Part shown: one piece after another, positions 14,390 to 29,792 of the stretch | Layout: every line of letters starts with the position of its first letter | Position numbering within the stretch: position 1 is the stretch's first letter | Assembly (NCBI GenBank): GCA_964016885.1 | Contig: OZ024745.1 | Span: 85,312,001-85,376,000, forward strand | Source of the DNA: Eledone cirrhosa | Lineage: Eukaryota | Reading direction: 5' to 3' | Length of the DNA stretch: 64,000 nt | The notes under the pieces: model-generated | Databases searched by the model: none | Seen by the model: the letters and a program-made list of their open reading frames with translations, nothing else | What the model was told of the DNA's origin: nothing | Translations under genes and position numbers: made by a program

Positions 14390-14464
14390 CCATTCACTAA
14401 AGAGACGTAGACAATTTCATTTTAATATATGTGAAACTAACAAGACGTTGTATCCCCGTGTTCG

Positions 14465-14495
<31 letters not shown>

Positions 14496-14519
14496 GTATA
14501 AAAAATATTGTAGCAAAAA

Positions 14520-14554
<35 letters not shown>

Positions 14555-14799
14555 CTGAGCACTGTATTCAATAATTCATTATATATATATATATGTGTAT
14601 GTATCGACGAACATATATATGTGTGTGTGTGGACACGGTTCACAAAACAACGGTCACACACAGTTTAATGTCGATGTAAACAGAATTAATGAAGCCGAGC
14701 ATATCAAGAGGGAAAAAAAACAACAACAAATCCAGACACCGAGCTATTACGAACAAGGAGAGAAAATAAGTAACTGCAAGATATTAAAAATTAGAAGGC

Positions 14800-16974
14800 T
14801 TGGTTAGCCTCAAGCAGCGCACAAGGGATGGTGAGGTAGTGTGTCTACCCACAGATAAGTCTGGTAGGATGTCAATAGATAGCATGCCGAACTACATCGA
14901 GGAAATGCAACCCCACATCACCAACACGAGCGAAGTTGCACAACTAACACACGATGGGAGAGAAAAAATCCTCAACGCTCACATGATGATGTGGACTGAC
15001 ATCCTAAAGCCAAGCAGACGCACTGCCAACAACTTCCAGGCGTCTAACAATGGCATACCACCCTTGTATGGGCTCCGCAAAGACCACAAGACAGTCGACG
15101 ACCCGACATCAGGACCACCAACAAGACCCGTATGCGGAGCTAATATAGCTAGCAACTACAGGATCTCCTACTTCCTCTCAATGGTTATACGCCCCATAAT
15201 CAAGATGTCCCCAGATGTATGTGAAAGTACAGAGGACCTCCTCAGCAGAATCAGTGAGTGCAACAAAAACAGGAGCCTATCCAACTGCATAATAGGCAGC
15301 ATGGATGTGGTGTCACTGTACCCATCCATTAACATTGATTTTGCTGTGAAAAGATGTGTGGAGATGATCATTGAGAGTGAGGTGGAGTTCTGCGACGTCG
15401 ACACAGACGAACTGGGCCTCTTACTTAGACTTACCTACGACACTGACTACCTAGACAGCCATGACCTTAGATGTTTCTGCCCTAATAGACCTATAAGAGG
15501 TAGAACCCCCACCATAACCTCAATGGCTAAAAAGACTCCCATAGGAAGGTGGATTGGGTGGACCAAAGCTATACGGACCCCCCAAAACACTGATCAGGTG
15601 AGAAAAATGGTCGCACATGCAATAGGGGCTAGTATCAAAACTACCCTAAAGGGCCACATATTTAAGTTCAATGAGAAAATCTACACCCAAAATGAGGGAG
15701 CAGCCATCGGCGTCAGCATAGCTGGTGATGTTGCCAACCTTTTCATGGTATGGTGGGAAAGGAGACTTAAAGATCTCCTTAATGAAAGCTCCATAGACCT
15801 CATCATGTACTCTCGTTATGTAGACGATATCAATATAGTTATAAGAACACCCCAACTAGAGAGCACTAACAAGTTTGATTTAGAACGTAGCACGATGGAA
15901 AGCATCCAGCAGATAGCTAATTCCATACACCAGAGTATAACTGTAACTATAGACTTCCCTTCCAAACACCCTAACAATAGACTACCTGTATTAGACACAG
16001 AACTCTGGATTAACACTATAGACGAGAGAGCCCAAATTCTCCACTCACACTATGCTAAACCCATGGCCTCCAAATACCTGATACTCAAAAACTCAGCAAT
16101 GTCCAGTAGTGCTAAGTTTAATATTCTGATCGCAGATTTGGTACGAGTGATGAAGAATGTGTCCAGCATGTGCGACCCAACAGAAATGGAAGGACACATC
16201 CAACACTTCATCAACCGCATGCAGTTCTCTGGCTACAACCAAAGAGACAGAGTCAGAGTATACGAAGGAGCCATGGAAAAGTATAAGACCCTCATAGAAC
16301 TGGACATGAAAGGAATTTGCCCACTATACAGGAGCAAATCATGGAATAGCTTAGATAGGGCTAGACATAAGATAGGGAAGGCCACATCATGGTACGACAA
16401 CCAGAGATATCAGAGTGTCATGTTTGTGGACGCCACCCCTGGAGGGAAATTAGCTAACCAGTGTAGAAAGGCCCTGAGAAAGACCCACTTAAAAATAAAG
16501 GTGGTAGAAAAGCCAGGAACCACCATAAAATCCCTGATCAGCAAAACCTACCCTTTTAAGAAAACCCACTGTACCAATAGGAAATGTATCATATGTAAGG
16601 TGAACCCCCGGATAAACTGTAAAACTAGAAACGTAGTCTATAGCATAAGATGTACAGAGGGTACTTGCAGAAACACGACAACAACATACATAGGTGAGAC
16701 AGCTCGTAGCATAGGTGAAAGGATAGACCAACACTGGGGGGAACTAAAAGGACGAAAAAACGGGTCAGTACTATACGAACATGCTAGACAACAACATGAC
16801 GGTAACATAGACAACATAGAGATTAGAATAATATCTAAACATAGGAATGACCCAGCAGATAGGCAAATCAGAGAGGCCAGTGAAATAGAAATTAGAAGAC
16901 CAAAGCTAAACAGAAAAAATGAGTGGAACAACAACAACACCCAAACAAACAACACTGACCTAAGAGAAGTATAA
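14800..16974 (+). CDS. PLE reverse transcriptase + GIY-YIG endonuclease (open 724-aa frame, N-terminus missing)
   Basis: PTDKSGR, YSRYVDD, VVYSIRC..YIGETARSIGERIDQH, and C-terminal REASEI..LNRKNE. Confidence 0.9.
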   Translation: MVSLKQRTRDGEVVCLPTDKSGRMSIDSMPNYIEEMQPHITNTSEVAQLTHDGREKILNAHMMMWTDILKPSRRTANNFQASNNGIPPLYGLRKDHKTVDDPTSGPPTRPVCGANIASNYRISYFLSMVIRPIIKMSPDVCESTEDLLSRISECNKNRSLSNCIIGSMDVVSLYPSINIDFAVKRCVEMIIESEVEFCDVDTDELGLLLRLTYDTDYLDSHDLRCFCPNRPIRGRTPTITSMAKKTPIGRWIGWTKAIRTPQNTDQVRKMVAHAIGASIKTTLKGHIFKFNEKIYTQNEGAAIGVSIAGDVANLFMVWWERRLKDLLNESSIDLIMYSRYVDDINIVIRTPQLESTNKFDLERSTMESIQQIANSIHQSITVTIDFPSKHPNNRLPVLDTELWINTIDERAQILHSHYAKPMASKYLILKNSAMSSSAKFNILIADLVRVMKNVSSMCDPTEMEGHIQHFINRMQFSGYNQRDRVRVYEGAMEKYKTLIELDMKGICPLYRSKSWNSLDRARHKIGKATSWYDNQRYQSVMFVDATPGGKLANQCRKALRKTHLKIKVVEKPGTTIKSLISKTYPFKKTHCTNRKCIICKVNPRINCKTRNVVYSIRCTEGTCRNTTTTYIGETARSIGERIDQHWGELKGRKNGSVLYEHARQQHDGNIDNIEIRIISKHRNDPADRQIREASEIEIRRPKLNRKNEWNNNNTQTNNTDLREV

Positions 16975-17247
16975 ATAAATAAGTAAATTAAATTAAATAA
17001 AATAAGATAAATAAATACATACACAAGCACATAAACACACACTAGTCACCCAGCAGACACAACACTATACACACTAGTCACACATCACACATAACACTAT
17101 ACACACACGCAAACGCATGCGCAAAGAAGACAAAATAAAATAAGATAAACAAACAAGCAAATAAATAAATAAATATATAGACAGACTGAACAAAAAAAAA
17201 AATGGCGTAGACATACAACACAACAGGAGGAACAATGAATATAACAC

Positions 17248-17285
17248 CACTGACGATGTTGCAGATGTGCAACGAAAGATTTATG
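17248..17285 (+). ncRNA. Minimal hammerhead-like motif in PLE1 pLTR
   Basis: Same as 10910-10947. Confidence 0.6.
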
Positions 17286-17545
17286 TAGATTATGTAAACT
17301 ATATATATATGTGTTTGTCTATATTGTATCTGTATTATTTTTGACCGCCGGTCAGTCAATGGCAACATTGAGGACCGAGTAAGTTAGATCGCAGATATAT
17401 ATATATAAAAGACAGCGAGAAGCGAAAACCAACCAAACAGTGAGTGTGTTCTGTTATTAATTCTGGCAATATTACGCAAATATGACCCTCCCCAAATATA
17501 ACAATATCTGTTTCGACACACGATTTCATATAAAAAACCTCGCAA

Positions 17546-20085
<2,540 letters not shown>

Positions 20086-21115
20086 TTGTTATACTTGGGA
20101 AGGGTCATATTTTTGTAATATTGCTAGAATTAATAACAGAACACACTCACTGTTTGATTTGTTTTCGCTTCTCGTCTTTTATATCTGCGATCTAACTTAA
20201 TTGGTCCTCAATGTTGCCATTGACTGACCGACGGTCAAAAATAATACAGATACAATATAGACACAAACACATATATATAGTTTACATAATTTACATAAAT
20301 CTTTCGTTGCACATATGCAACATCGTCAGTGGTGTTATATTTGTTTTCCTCCTGTTGTGTTGTATGTCTACGCCATATTACAAAAATATGACCCTCCCCA
20401 AGTAAAAAAAAAAAAAAAAAAAAATGACGTAGACATACAACACAACAGGAGCAAAAAAAATAGAAATTAGAAGACCAAAGCTAAACAAAAAGAATGAGTG
20501 GAACAACAACAACACCCAAACAAACAACACTGACCTAAGAGAAGTATAAATAAGTAAATAAAATAAAATAAAATAAGATAAATAAATACATACACAAGCA
20601 CAATAACAACAAGCACATAAACACACACTAGTCACCCAGCAGACACAACACTATACACACTAGTCACACAGCAAACATAACACTATACACACACGCAAAC
20701 GCATGCGCAAAGAAGACATAATAAAATAAACAAACAAGCAAATAAATAAATAAATATATAGACAGACTGAATAAAAAAAATGGCGTAGACATACAACACA
20801 ACAGGAGGAAAAAATATAACATCACTGACGATGTTGCAGATGTGCAACGAAAGATTTATGTAAATTATGTAAACTATATATATGTGTTTGTGTCTATATT
20901 GTATCTGTATTATTTTTGACCGTCGGTCAGTCAATGGCAACATTGAGGACCGATTAAGTTAGATCGCTGATATAAAAGACAGCGAGAAGCGAAAACCAAC
21001 CAAACAGTTAGTGTGTTCTGTTATTAATTCTGGCAATATTACACAAATATGACCCTCCCCAAGTATAACAATATTTGTTTCGAAACACGATTTCATATAA
21101 AAAACTCGCTAAACT
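20086..21115. mobile_element. Solo head-to-head PLE1 pLTR pair with scrambled junction; HHR-like motifs at 20294-20331 (-) and 20823-20860 (+)
   Basis: 20086-20378 matches the PLE1 3' end on minus; ~20455-21115 matches ~16885-17548 on plus. Confidence 0.88.
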
Positions 21116-21153
21116 ATATATATATACAAATACACATACACACATACACACAT

Positions 21154-21236
<83 letters not shown>

Positions 21237-21549
21237 CACATATACATACATACACATACATACACATACATATACATACATATATACACATACATACCTG
21301 CATACACACATATATATATACATACAGACACACACACACACACACGTACACATACATATATATATATATATAATATATATATAATATATATATAATATTG
21401 TTATACTTTGGGAGGGTCATGTTGCCAATAAGAAACACACGCACCAGTTGCTTTCACTTCAATTTATTATAATAAATTTATAAATTTAGGCATTTATAAA
21501 TTTCTGGTTGGTTGGTTGATTCCACAACCAGATAGTTGTTTATATATTT

Positions 21550-21590
21550 TCAAAGTTCTTTCGTCACACATTCTGTGACCTCTTCAGTGA
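21550..21590 (-). ncRNA. Minimal hammerhead ribozyme in PLE2 pLTR
   Basis: TCA-CTGAAGA-g-GTCACA gaatg TGTGAC-GAA-AGAACT-T-TGA. Confidence 0.72.
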
Positions 21591-21883
21591 CTGGTGATTC
21601 TTTTCTTTGTTTTTGTGCCTCTCCTTTGTTCTGTCCTACGCCATTTTGTTTCTGTGTGTGTGTTGTGTGCTCAGTCTGCGCATGCGCCATATCCGGGTAT
21701 CTGTGTGTGTTTATACTTGTTTATTTATTTGTTTATTTACATGTTACCGGTTGGTTTTCTGTTCTATGTGTGTGTGTGTTTTCATTTTGTCCTTAATTGT
21801 AAGTTGTAATGTTGCTGTTCCACTCATATTTTCTATTTAATTTTGGTTGTAATTCTTTTATGTTTATTGCCTCTGTGATTTGT

Positions 21884-24076
21884 CTAAACATTGCGTCTTT
21901 TCTGTGTGTAGATTCTATTTTTATTTCTATGTTCTATTTTAGCATGTTGGTAGAGTACAGATGATTCTTTACTATCTTGAAGGTCTCGCCAGTGTTCATT
22001 TATCCGTTCCCCTACACTACGAGCTGTCTCACCTATGTACACTATATTTTTGTCTCTACATTGTCCTTCAGTACATCTTATGCTATATACTACATTTCTA
22101 GTTTTACAGTTAATATGGAGGCTTATTTTACAGGTTATACATTTCTTATCTATACAGGGGGGTCTTTGAAAAGGGTATGTCTTGTTAATAAGTGTTTTTA
22201 CGGAGGTACCTGGTCTTTCTACTATCTTAATATTGAGTTTATATTTATCTAGGGCCCATCTAAATGTGTAAGCTAATTCACCTCTAGGGGTTGCATCGAT
22301 GAACATTACACTCTGGTATTTATTGCTATCATACCATGAGGTTATTCTATTAGCCTTATTCCTAGTTCTCTCTATTCTATTCCAAAATTTGCTCCTATAC
22401 AAGGGGCAGGTCCCATTTGTGTCATTATTTACCATTTTTTCCCATTTTGTTCTGGCTCATCTATACACTCTGATTTTATCTCTCTGATTGTAACCAGAGA
22501 ACTGCATACGGTGGATGGAGTGTTGTATGTGTCTCTCTAGTACTTCGGGGTTGCACATGCGGGACAAGTTTCTCATCACCCGTACCAAATCCGCAATCAG
22601 TATGTTGATTTTGGTATGGTCCGAAAGAGCTGAGTTTCGGTGGATCAGATGTTTGGAAGTCATGGTTTTGGCATAATGGGAATGGAGGATTTGTTTTTTG
22701 TTATTAATGGTATCTAACCAGAGCTCTGTGTCTAGTACAGGTAATCGATGGTTGGGGTGTTTACTTGGGTAGTCTATAGTAACTCTAATACTCTGGTTGA
22801 TGGAGTTAGCTATTTGCTGGATGCTTTCCATTGTGTTTTTCTCTAGTTCCTGACTGTTCTCTAGTGGGGGTGTCTTAACTACGATGTTTATATCATCAAC
22901 GTAGCGGGAGTACATTATCAGGGTTAAGGGGTCTTCTAATTGTTCTTTAAGTTTAAGTTTAAGTCTACTGTCCCACCATACCATGAATAAGTTAGTTATT
23001 TCGCTTGCAATGCTAACACCAATGGCTGCTCCTTCCTCTTGGGCATATGTTTTTCCATTAAATTTGAACATATGTTCCTTAAGGGTTAGTTTTATGCTGG
23101 CCCCTACCGCATGTGCAATCATTTTCTTCAGTTCATCGTGGGTTTCGGGTGTCCGTATGGCTCTGGTCCACCCGTTCCATCTATCTGTGTGGCTTTTCTT
23201 GGCCATTGAGGTAATGGTAGGTGGTCTGCCTCTTGCTGGTCTTGAAGGGCACAGGTAGCTAAGGTCATATGTGTCTAGGTAATTATTGCTATAGGTAAGT
23301 TTAAGTAGGAGTCCCAGCTCACTGGTATCAATCCTACGGAACTCAACATTGCTCTCACTGATCATTTCTACGCATTTCTCCACAGCAATAGATGGATACA
23401 GGGACACAATAGATGGATACAGGGACACAACATCCATACTACCTATTATGCAGTTTGTTAGGTCCCTAAATCGGTTACCCTCGCCGATTCTGCTGAGGAG
23501 GTCCTCCGTGCTGTCACATACATCCGGGGACATTTCAGTGATGCGACGTATGATCAGGGAGAGGAAGTAGGACAGTCTGTAGTTACTAGCAATGTTAGCT
23601 CCACAGACTGGCCGTATTGGTGGTCCCGTGACAGGGTCACTGCCTGTTTTATGGTCTTTTCGAAGCCCATACAACGCCGACACGTCATTGTTCCAGGCCT
23701 GGAAGTTGTTGGCAGTCCTTTTGTTGGGCTGCATTATATTCGTCCACATCACCATATGGGTATTGAGGGCTTTTTCTCTATCCTGATGCCTCTGTGGTGT
23801 TACCTCTCTCGTGTTAGTGATGTGGGGTTGCATTGCCTGGATGTAGTTTGGCAGGCTGTCAACCGACATTCTGCCAGACTTGTCTGTTGGAAAGCATGCT
23901 ATCTCTCCATTACGCGAGCGCTGCATGAGCTTACGCAAGCCATTTGCAGATTTTTCTCCCAGTTGCTGGGCCTCCATTCTATTATGCTTCTTGCTATACT
24001 GTTCTATAATATTTCTAAGTTCGGATCTAGCTATACTAAATTGTGCTTCTGTTTGTTCATCGACCTGCGACGGCAA
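21884..24076 (-). pseudogene. PLE2 RT/GIY-YIG ORF with in-frame TGA at 22457-22459 and a 21-bp duplication (VSLYPSI twice)
   Basis: Colinear with the PLE1 protein. Confidence 0.85.
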
Positions 24077-25084
24077 TTGCGTGCGTTTGTTAAATGGTAA
24101 AGTCGTGGCGTGGACTCGTCGCAGGTCGAACGACTAATCGGAGGGATTATAAAAAGTAGAGTTCCAGGCTGCTGCTTTATGTGTACTAGTGTTATTGTTA
24201 TTGTTAGTTGTGTTGTTTCTATTTCTATTTCCACCAACAGCCTCATGGTTGTTTCTATGTCTCTCATTACTACTCCTGTCTCTTTCCACTGGCTCATTGT
24301 TATTATCTACTCTATTTTGTGTGTCTGTGTGTTCCTCTTGGTTATTTTCTTTGTCCATAGTCTCCCTCCTCCTTTTAATCCTATTACTTGCCCTTATTTC
24401 TGTCGTTTCTGTGCTACTGTCATTACTTGTTTTCTGTGTCTGTGTGTTTGTTAAGATTGTGGTGGTGGTGAGAGGCATTGAATGTGTGTGTGTTGTTGTT
24501 GTTGATGTGTGCTGTCGTTGATGTGTGTTGTTGTCTCCGTGTGTGTTATTATTGTTGTGTGTGTTGTTATTGTTGTTGGTGTCTGCGTGCCTGTTGTTGT
24601 TGTTTCTGAGTATGTTAATATTGTTGGTGTGTGTGTTGTTGTTATTGTTGTTGTTAGGATGTGTGTTGTATATGTGTGTGCGTATGTTGTTTCTTTTGTT
24701 TTTGTTTTTGAGGCTCCCACGTAATTTTGTAAATGATTTTTCTATTTCTGACAGACAACTAATTATATTTACCTTCTATTGCCGTGTTGCCGTATATATT
24801 TGTGTTGCTGTTGTTGTTGAACTCATCTGTTAATGAGGTGTCGGCCATATATATCCCGTCAATTTTGTCGGAATATCTATTGGTATTTTCTACAGTATCC
24901 TGATTTAGTTTTATAACGAAATATATATAATATATATATATTAAATATATATATAAATATATTAAATATACATATAATATATATATAATATATATAATAT
25001 ATATATATATATAATATATATATAATATATATATATATTATATATTATATATATGTTATATATATATATATATATAATAAATAT

Positions 25085-25119
<35 letters not shown>

Positions 25120-25519
25120 ATATATATATATAATATATATATATATAATATATATATAATATATATAATATATATATATATATAATATATATATAATATA
25201 TATATATATTATATATATGTTATATATATATTTATAATAAATATAATATATATATTATATATATATATATATATATAATATATATATATAATATATATAT
25301 ATATATACATAATATATATATATATAATATATATATAACACATATATATATATATATATATATAATATATATATTATATATATATTATATATATAATATA
25401 TATATATAATATATATATATATATATAATATATTATATATATATATATATATAATATATATATATATATATAATATAAATATAGAATATATATATATATA
25501 TAATGTATATATATATATT

Positions 25520-25602
<83 letters not shown>

Positions 25603-25650
25603 TATAATATATATATATATATAATTTATATATATATAAGGTATATATAA

Positions 25651-25875
25651 AGGAACGATCGACTTTCTTCAAATCGGACCGAGGGAACAATGTTTCCGTT
25701 GGTCTTTCCAATTGTTAATACTATATCTCGGTCGCAACTCCAGGTAGAAGGAGCAACGTGAAATAATGTGTCTTGCTCAAGGACATAACACATCGCCTGG
25801 TCCAGGAATCGAACTCACAACCTTAGGATTGCGAATCCAATTCTCTAACCACTCCGCCACACGCCTTCACAAGTG
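25651..25875 (-). mobile_element. tRNA-derived SINE (family 2), copy 1
   Basis: Minus strand: TGGCGGAGTGG A box, GAGTTCGATTCC B box, followed by TGTCCTTGAGCAAGACAC. Confidence 0.85.
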
Positions 25876-26200
25876 TATATATATATATGTATAATATATA
25901 ATATATATAATATATATATATATATAATATATATATATATACAATATATATATATATATATAATATATATATATGTACAATATATTCATATATATAATAT
26001 ATATATATATATGTATAATATATATATATACATAATATATATATATAATATATATATATATATAATATATATATATATATAATATATATATATAATATAT
26101 ATATATATATACTATATATATATGTATAATATATATATATATATATAATATATATATAATATATATATATATAATTTATATATATATAAGGTATATATAT

Positions 26201-26425
26201 AGGAACGATCGACTCTCTTCAAATCGGACCGAGGAAACAATGTTTCCGTTGGTCTTTCCAATTGTTAATACTATATCTCGGTCGCAACTCCAGGTAGAAG
26301 GAGCAATGTGAAATAAAGTGTCTTGCTCAAGGACATAACACATCGCCTGGTCCAGGAATCGAACTCACAACCTTAGGATTGCGAATCCAATTCTCTAACC
26401 ACTCCGCCACACGCCTTCACAAGTG
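26201..26425 (-). mobile_element. tRNA-derived SINE (family 2), copy 2
   Basis: Near-identical to 25651-25875. Confidence 0.85.
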
Positions 26426-26555
26426 TATATATATATATGTATAATATATATATATATATATAATATATATATATATATAATATATATATATATATTCAAT
26501 ATATATATATATAATATATATATATGTATAATATATATATATACATAATTTATAT

Positions 26556-26587
<32 letters not shown>

Positions 26588-26704
26588 ATATATATATATA
26601 TACTATATATATATGTATAATATATATATATACATAATATATATATATATATAATATATATATAATATATATATATAATTTATATATATATAAGGTATAT
26701 ATAA

Positions 26705-26929
26705 AGGAACGATCGACTTTCTTCAAATTGGACCGAGGGAACAATGTTTCCTTTGGTCTTTCCAATTGTTAATACTATATCTCGGTCGCAACTCCTGGTA
26801 GAAGGAGCAACGTGAAATAAAGTGTCTTGCTCAAGGACATAACACATCGCTTGGTCCAGGAATCGAACTCACAACCTTAGGATTGCGAATCCAATTCTCT
26901 AACCACTCCGCCAAACGCTTTCACAAGTG
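26705..26929 (-). mobile_element. tRNA-derived SINE (family 2), copy 3
   Basis: Near-identical to 25651-25875. Confidence 0.85.
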
Positions 26930-27097
26930 TATATATATATATGTATAATATATATATATATATTCAATATATATATATATATAATATATATATATGTATA
27001 ATATATTCATATATATAATATATATATATATATATAATATATATATATATATATAATATATATATATGTATAATATATATATATACATAATATATAT

Positions 27098-27140
<43 letters not shown>

Positions 27141-27695
27141 TATATATATACTATATATATATATGTATAATATATATATATATACATTATATATATATAT
27201 ATATAATATAAATATATATATAATATATATATATATAATATATATATATATATAATATATATATATAATATATATATATATATAATATATATATATATAT
27301 AATATATATATATATATTATATATATATATATAATATATATAATATATATATATATAATATATATATATATATAATATATCTATATATAATATATTTATA
27401 ATTTATATATATAATATATATATATATAATATATTTATAATTTATATATATAATATATATATATTATATATATATAATATATATAATATATAATATATAT
27501 AATATACATATGTAATATATAAATATAATATATATATATAATATATATATATATAATATATATATATATAATATATAAATATAATATATATATATAGAAT
27601 ATATATATAATATATATATAATATATATATATAATATATATATAATATATATATATATATAATATATATATATAATATATATATATATATAATTT

Positions 27696-27783
<88 letters not shown>

Positions 27784-28118
27784 ATATATGTGTAATATTT
27801 ATATATATATAATATACACAGTTCAAGAGTAACCAATCTTAAAGAGAGAGATGGAGATAGTAGAGGGGATATGAGAGCAGAGATTGGTGAGTTAGTTAGA
27901 AGCCGAAGCGTAAAGGCATGTGCTCAATGTGCAATATGCAGTAGAAAGCAGCTAGGTGGCTGGGTTCATGCAGACGTTAGGTGCACAGAGCTGGAAATAT
28001 TCATTAGTTAAGCAAAACAAGACCACAAACTTCACAAGGAAGACATTATTAAAAGATTGTCAACATATTTTAGTTTGATGTAAGGAATGTAGAGAATAAT
28101 AATAATAATATTAATAAT

Positions 28119-28223
28119 AATTGTTTCTACTTTAGCCACAAGGCCAGCAATTATCAGTGCATTACTGGTACTTTATTTTATCGATCCCGTAAGGATGAAA
28201 GGCAAAGTCAACCTCGGCGGGAA
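28119..28223 (-). mobile_element. SINE family 1, 5'-truncated
   Basis: Matches 9047-9148. Confidence 0.8.
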
Positions 28224-29792
28224 TGTCCGTTTACAATTGTTTCGCTACTCCATATAATATTTCTGGATCAGATGACTATATATCATAATTGATCTGGTTC
28301 AGTTGAAAATAATAAACATATTTAAAATACAGAGTGGCTCATCGGAACTCAAAGGAATATAAATTAAAATAATGGGATAATGTTACATAATAAAATGTTC
28401 AATATATTGGTTTATACTATGGTGTCTTGGTTGCATCAGCTGTCAGCCATAATCAAGCAGTATTCATCTGTCGAGGCTGCATTGTATGAGATCTGCCTAT
28501 GGGTAACAAGATGGCTGCCAAAGAGCATATTTACATTACTAATTAGAGGGTGGTTTCAGGGGAAGTAACTTCTCGAGAGATTAGAGATTGTGAGTATTTA
28601 TAGTTAAGTGCTAGTTTTTAATTTTTTTAATTGAGAGACAATGTAGGGGAGGTAACTTATAATTATCGAGTTGTTCATAGCAATTTAACTCATTAGCTAC
28701 AAGTAGAAATGGGCCTACATGACTAAGTTAGGTCAAAAATTCTATTGGCGAAGGAATTAGCACTTCGATGTTGACAGCTAATGGTTACCTCCGTTCTATC
28801 GTTAATCGGTAGAGGTCGTGATAGAGTTATGTAATATGCTTCCGTAACACAGAGATCACAAGATTTTCTTCGTCAATTGAACGATTGGGCCCTAGCCACG
28901 ATATCCCATTTTAGTGAGTGTTGAACGTTGTTTAATTTAATGTTTTTAATGAGACTAGCTGGCGATGTCGAACATCTGTTGCTAGGGTCTCGGAAGGAAA
29001 AAGAGTGCGCGTTATAGCGTACCTTAAAAGGGTTAGAGGTAGACCCGATATAAGAGCTGGTATTCGAACCAGTCCCAACCGTGCACCTATAGACTATGTT
29101 GGGTGTCACGCAGTGTCCATTTAACGGACATGCATTGGGGTAACGGCAGTTGCAGTTGCTGCTGAGGTTAGTGAGAGTAGGGTTGTTTAATCTAAGCGGT
29201 AGGTCCGTGCTAGAAGGATTAGATGGAGGAGGTGTGCTACTAGAGTAATTATTGGTGTAGTGGCGTGGTGTATTTGATAGAGGTGGTGGTACCGCGGTGT
29301 GGGAGTTATAATGTCTTAGCTTATGATGGTTACTGAACGCGATGTGGCTAGCTAGGTTAGGTGTTGTGGAGAATGAGATTTTAATGTTATTTTTATTAAA
29401 GAGTTTGTAATATCTATGGTTGGGGGGGGAAGTGTTTGGATAGGATAGAGAAGAAGCGTTTGGGGATATTAGTGGCTAGATTAGATGAGAATAGTGGATT
29501 GAGCCAGGTGATATTTCTAGGTCTATTCCTTCTAGGGGTTCTAGTGGAGTTGGTAGGGGCCTTCCTAGGGTTATTATTACCTGGGGATTTGTTATTTGTC
29601 ATCCCATTTCTCATTCCTATTCTAGGGTTGATTTTTAGTTTGCTACTTGGAGTGGGGAGCAGGCCGCTGCCACCATTAACGTTCCCTGTATAGGTGCTGT
29701 TACTGCTAAAATTCCGGCGAATCTGGATATATGCTAAGGTATTTCTAGTTCTATTGTTAAGTTTATTATGGTGAGTTGCTCTGTTATGGATT
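28224..29792 (-). mobile_element. Hydra-clade-like PLE 3' remnant (H1)
   Basis: ITWLNPLFS..KHFP; linker CNCRYPNACPLNGHC; IVY..YIGSTSNPFKVRYNAH; CDLC..CQH. Confidence 0.82.
28229..28348 (-). ncRNA. Non-canonical type I hammerhead (CCGAUGA core, 95-nt stem II domain)
   Basis: GTT-CCGATGA-GCcACTCTGTA...TATGGAGTaGC-GAA-ACAATTGT-A-AAC. Confidence 0.7.

Larger units (their letters stand above)
10692..14400 (-). mobile_element. Penelope-like element PLE1 (Neptune-like), near full-length left copy
   Basis: RT motifs LYGLRKDHK, DVVSLYPSI, GAAIG, YSRYVDD; Cys-rich linker CTNRKCIIC; GIY-YIG domain; 3' pLTR with HHR. Confidence 0.92.
14792..17548 (+). mobile_element. PLE1 right copy, 5'-truncated, inverted relative to the left copy
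   Basis: Reverse complement of 10692-13406 with only scattered substitutions, plus ~45 bp of extra 3' tail. Confidence 0.93.
21397..24920 (-). mobile_element. Penelope-like element PLE2 (Neptune-like, related to PLE1), decayed
   Basis: ORFs 22457-24076 (RT, YSRYVDD) and 21884-22435 (CIDKKCITC, VVYSIRC..YIGETARS); frameshifted low-complexity N-terminus. Confidence 0.92.

Noticed and set aside
22457-22459. In-frame TGA in PLE2 as possible selenocysteine (known in Naiad PLEs)
   Set aside because: It aligns to Gly in PLE1, not Cys; the element has a C-terminal endonuclease and other lesions; no SECIS was recognised
25790-25870. tRNA gene
   Set aside because: A and B boxes are present but there is no proper acceptor stem and it runs into a SINE body, so it is a SINE head
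28873-28875. In-frame TGA in Hydra-like H1, and another at 61269-61271 in H5
   Set aside because: Neither is at a Cys position; the H5 duplicate near 63040 has TGG there, so these are ordinary nonsense mutations
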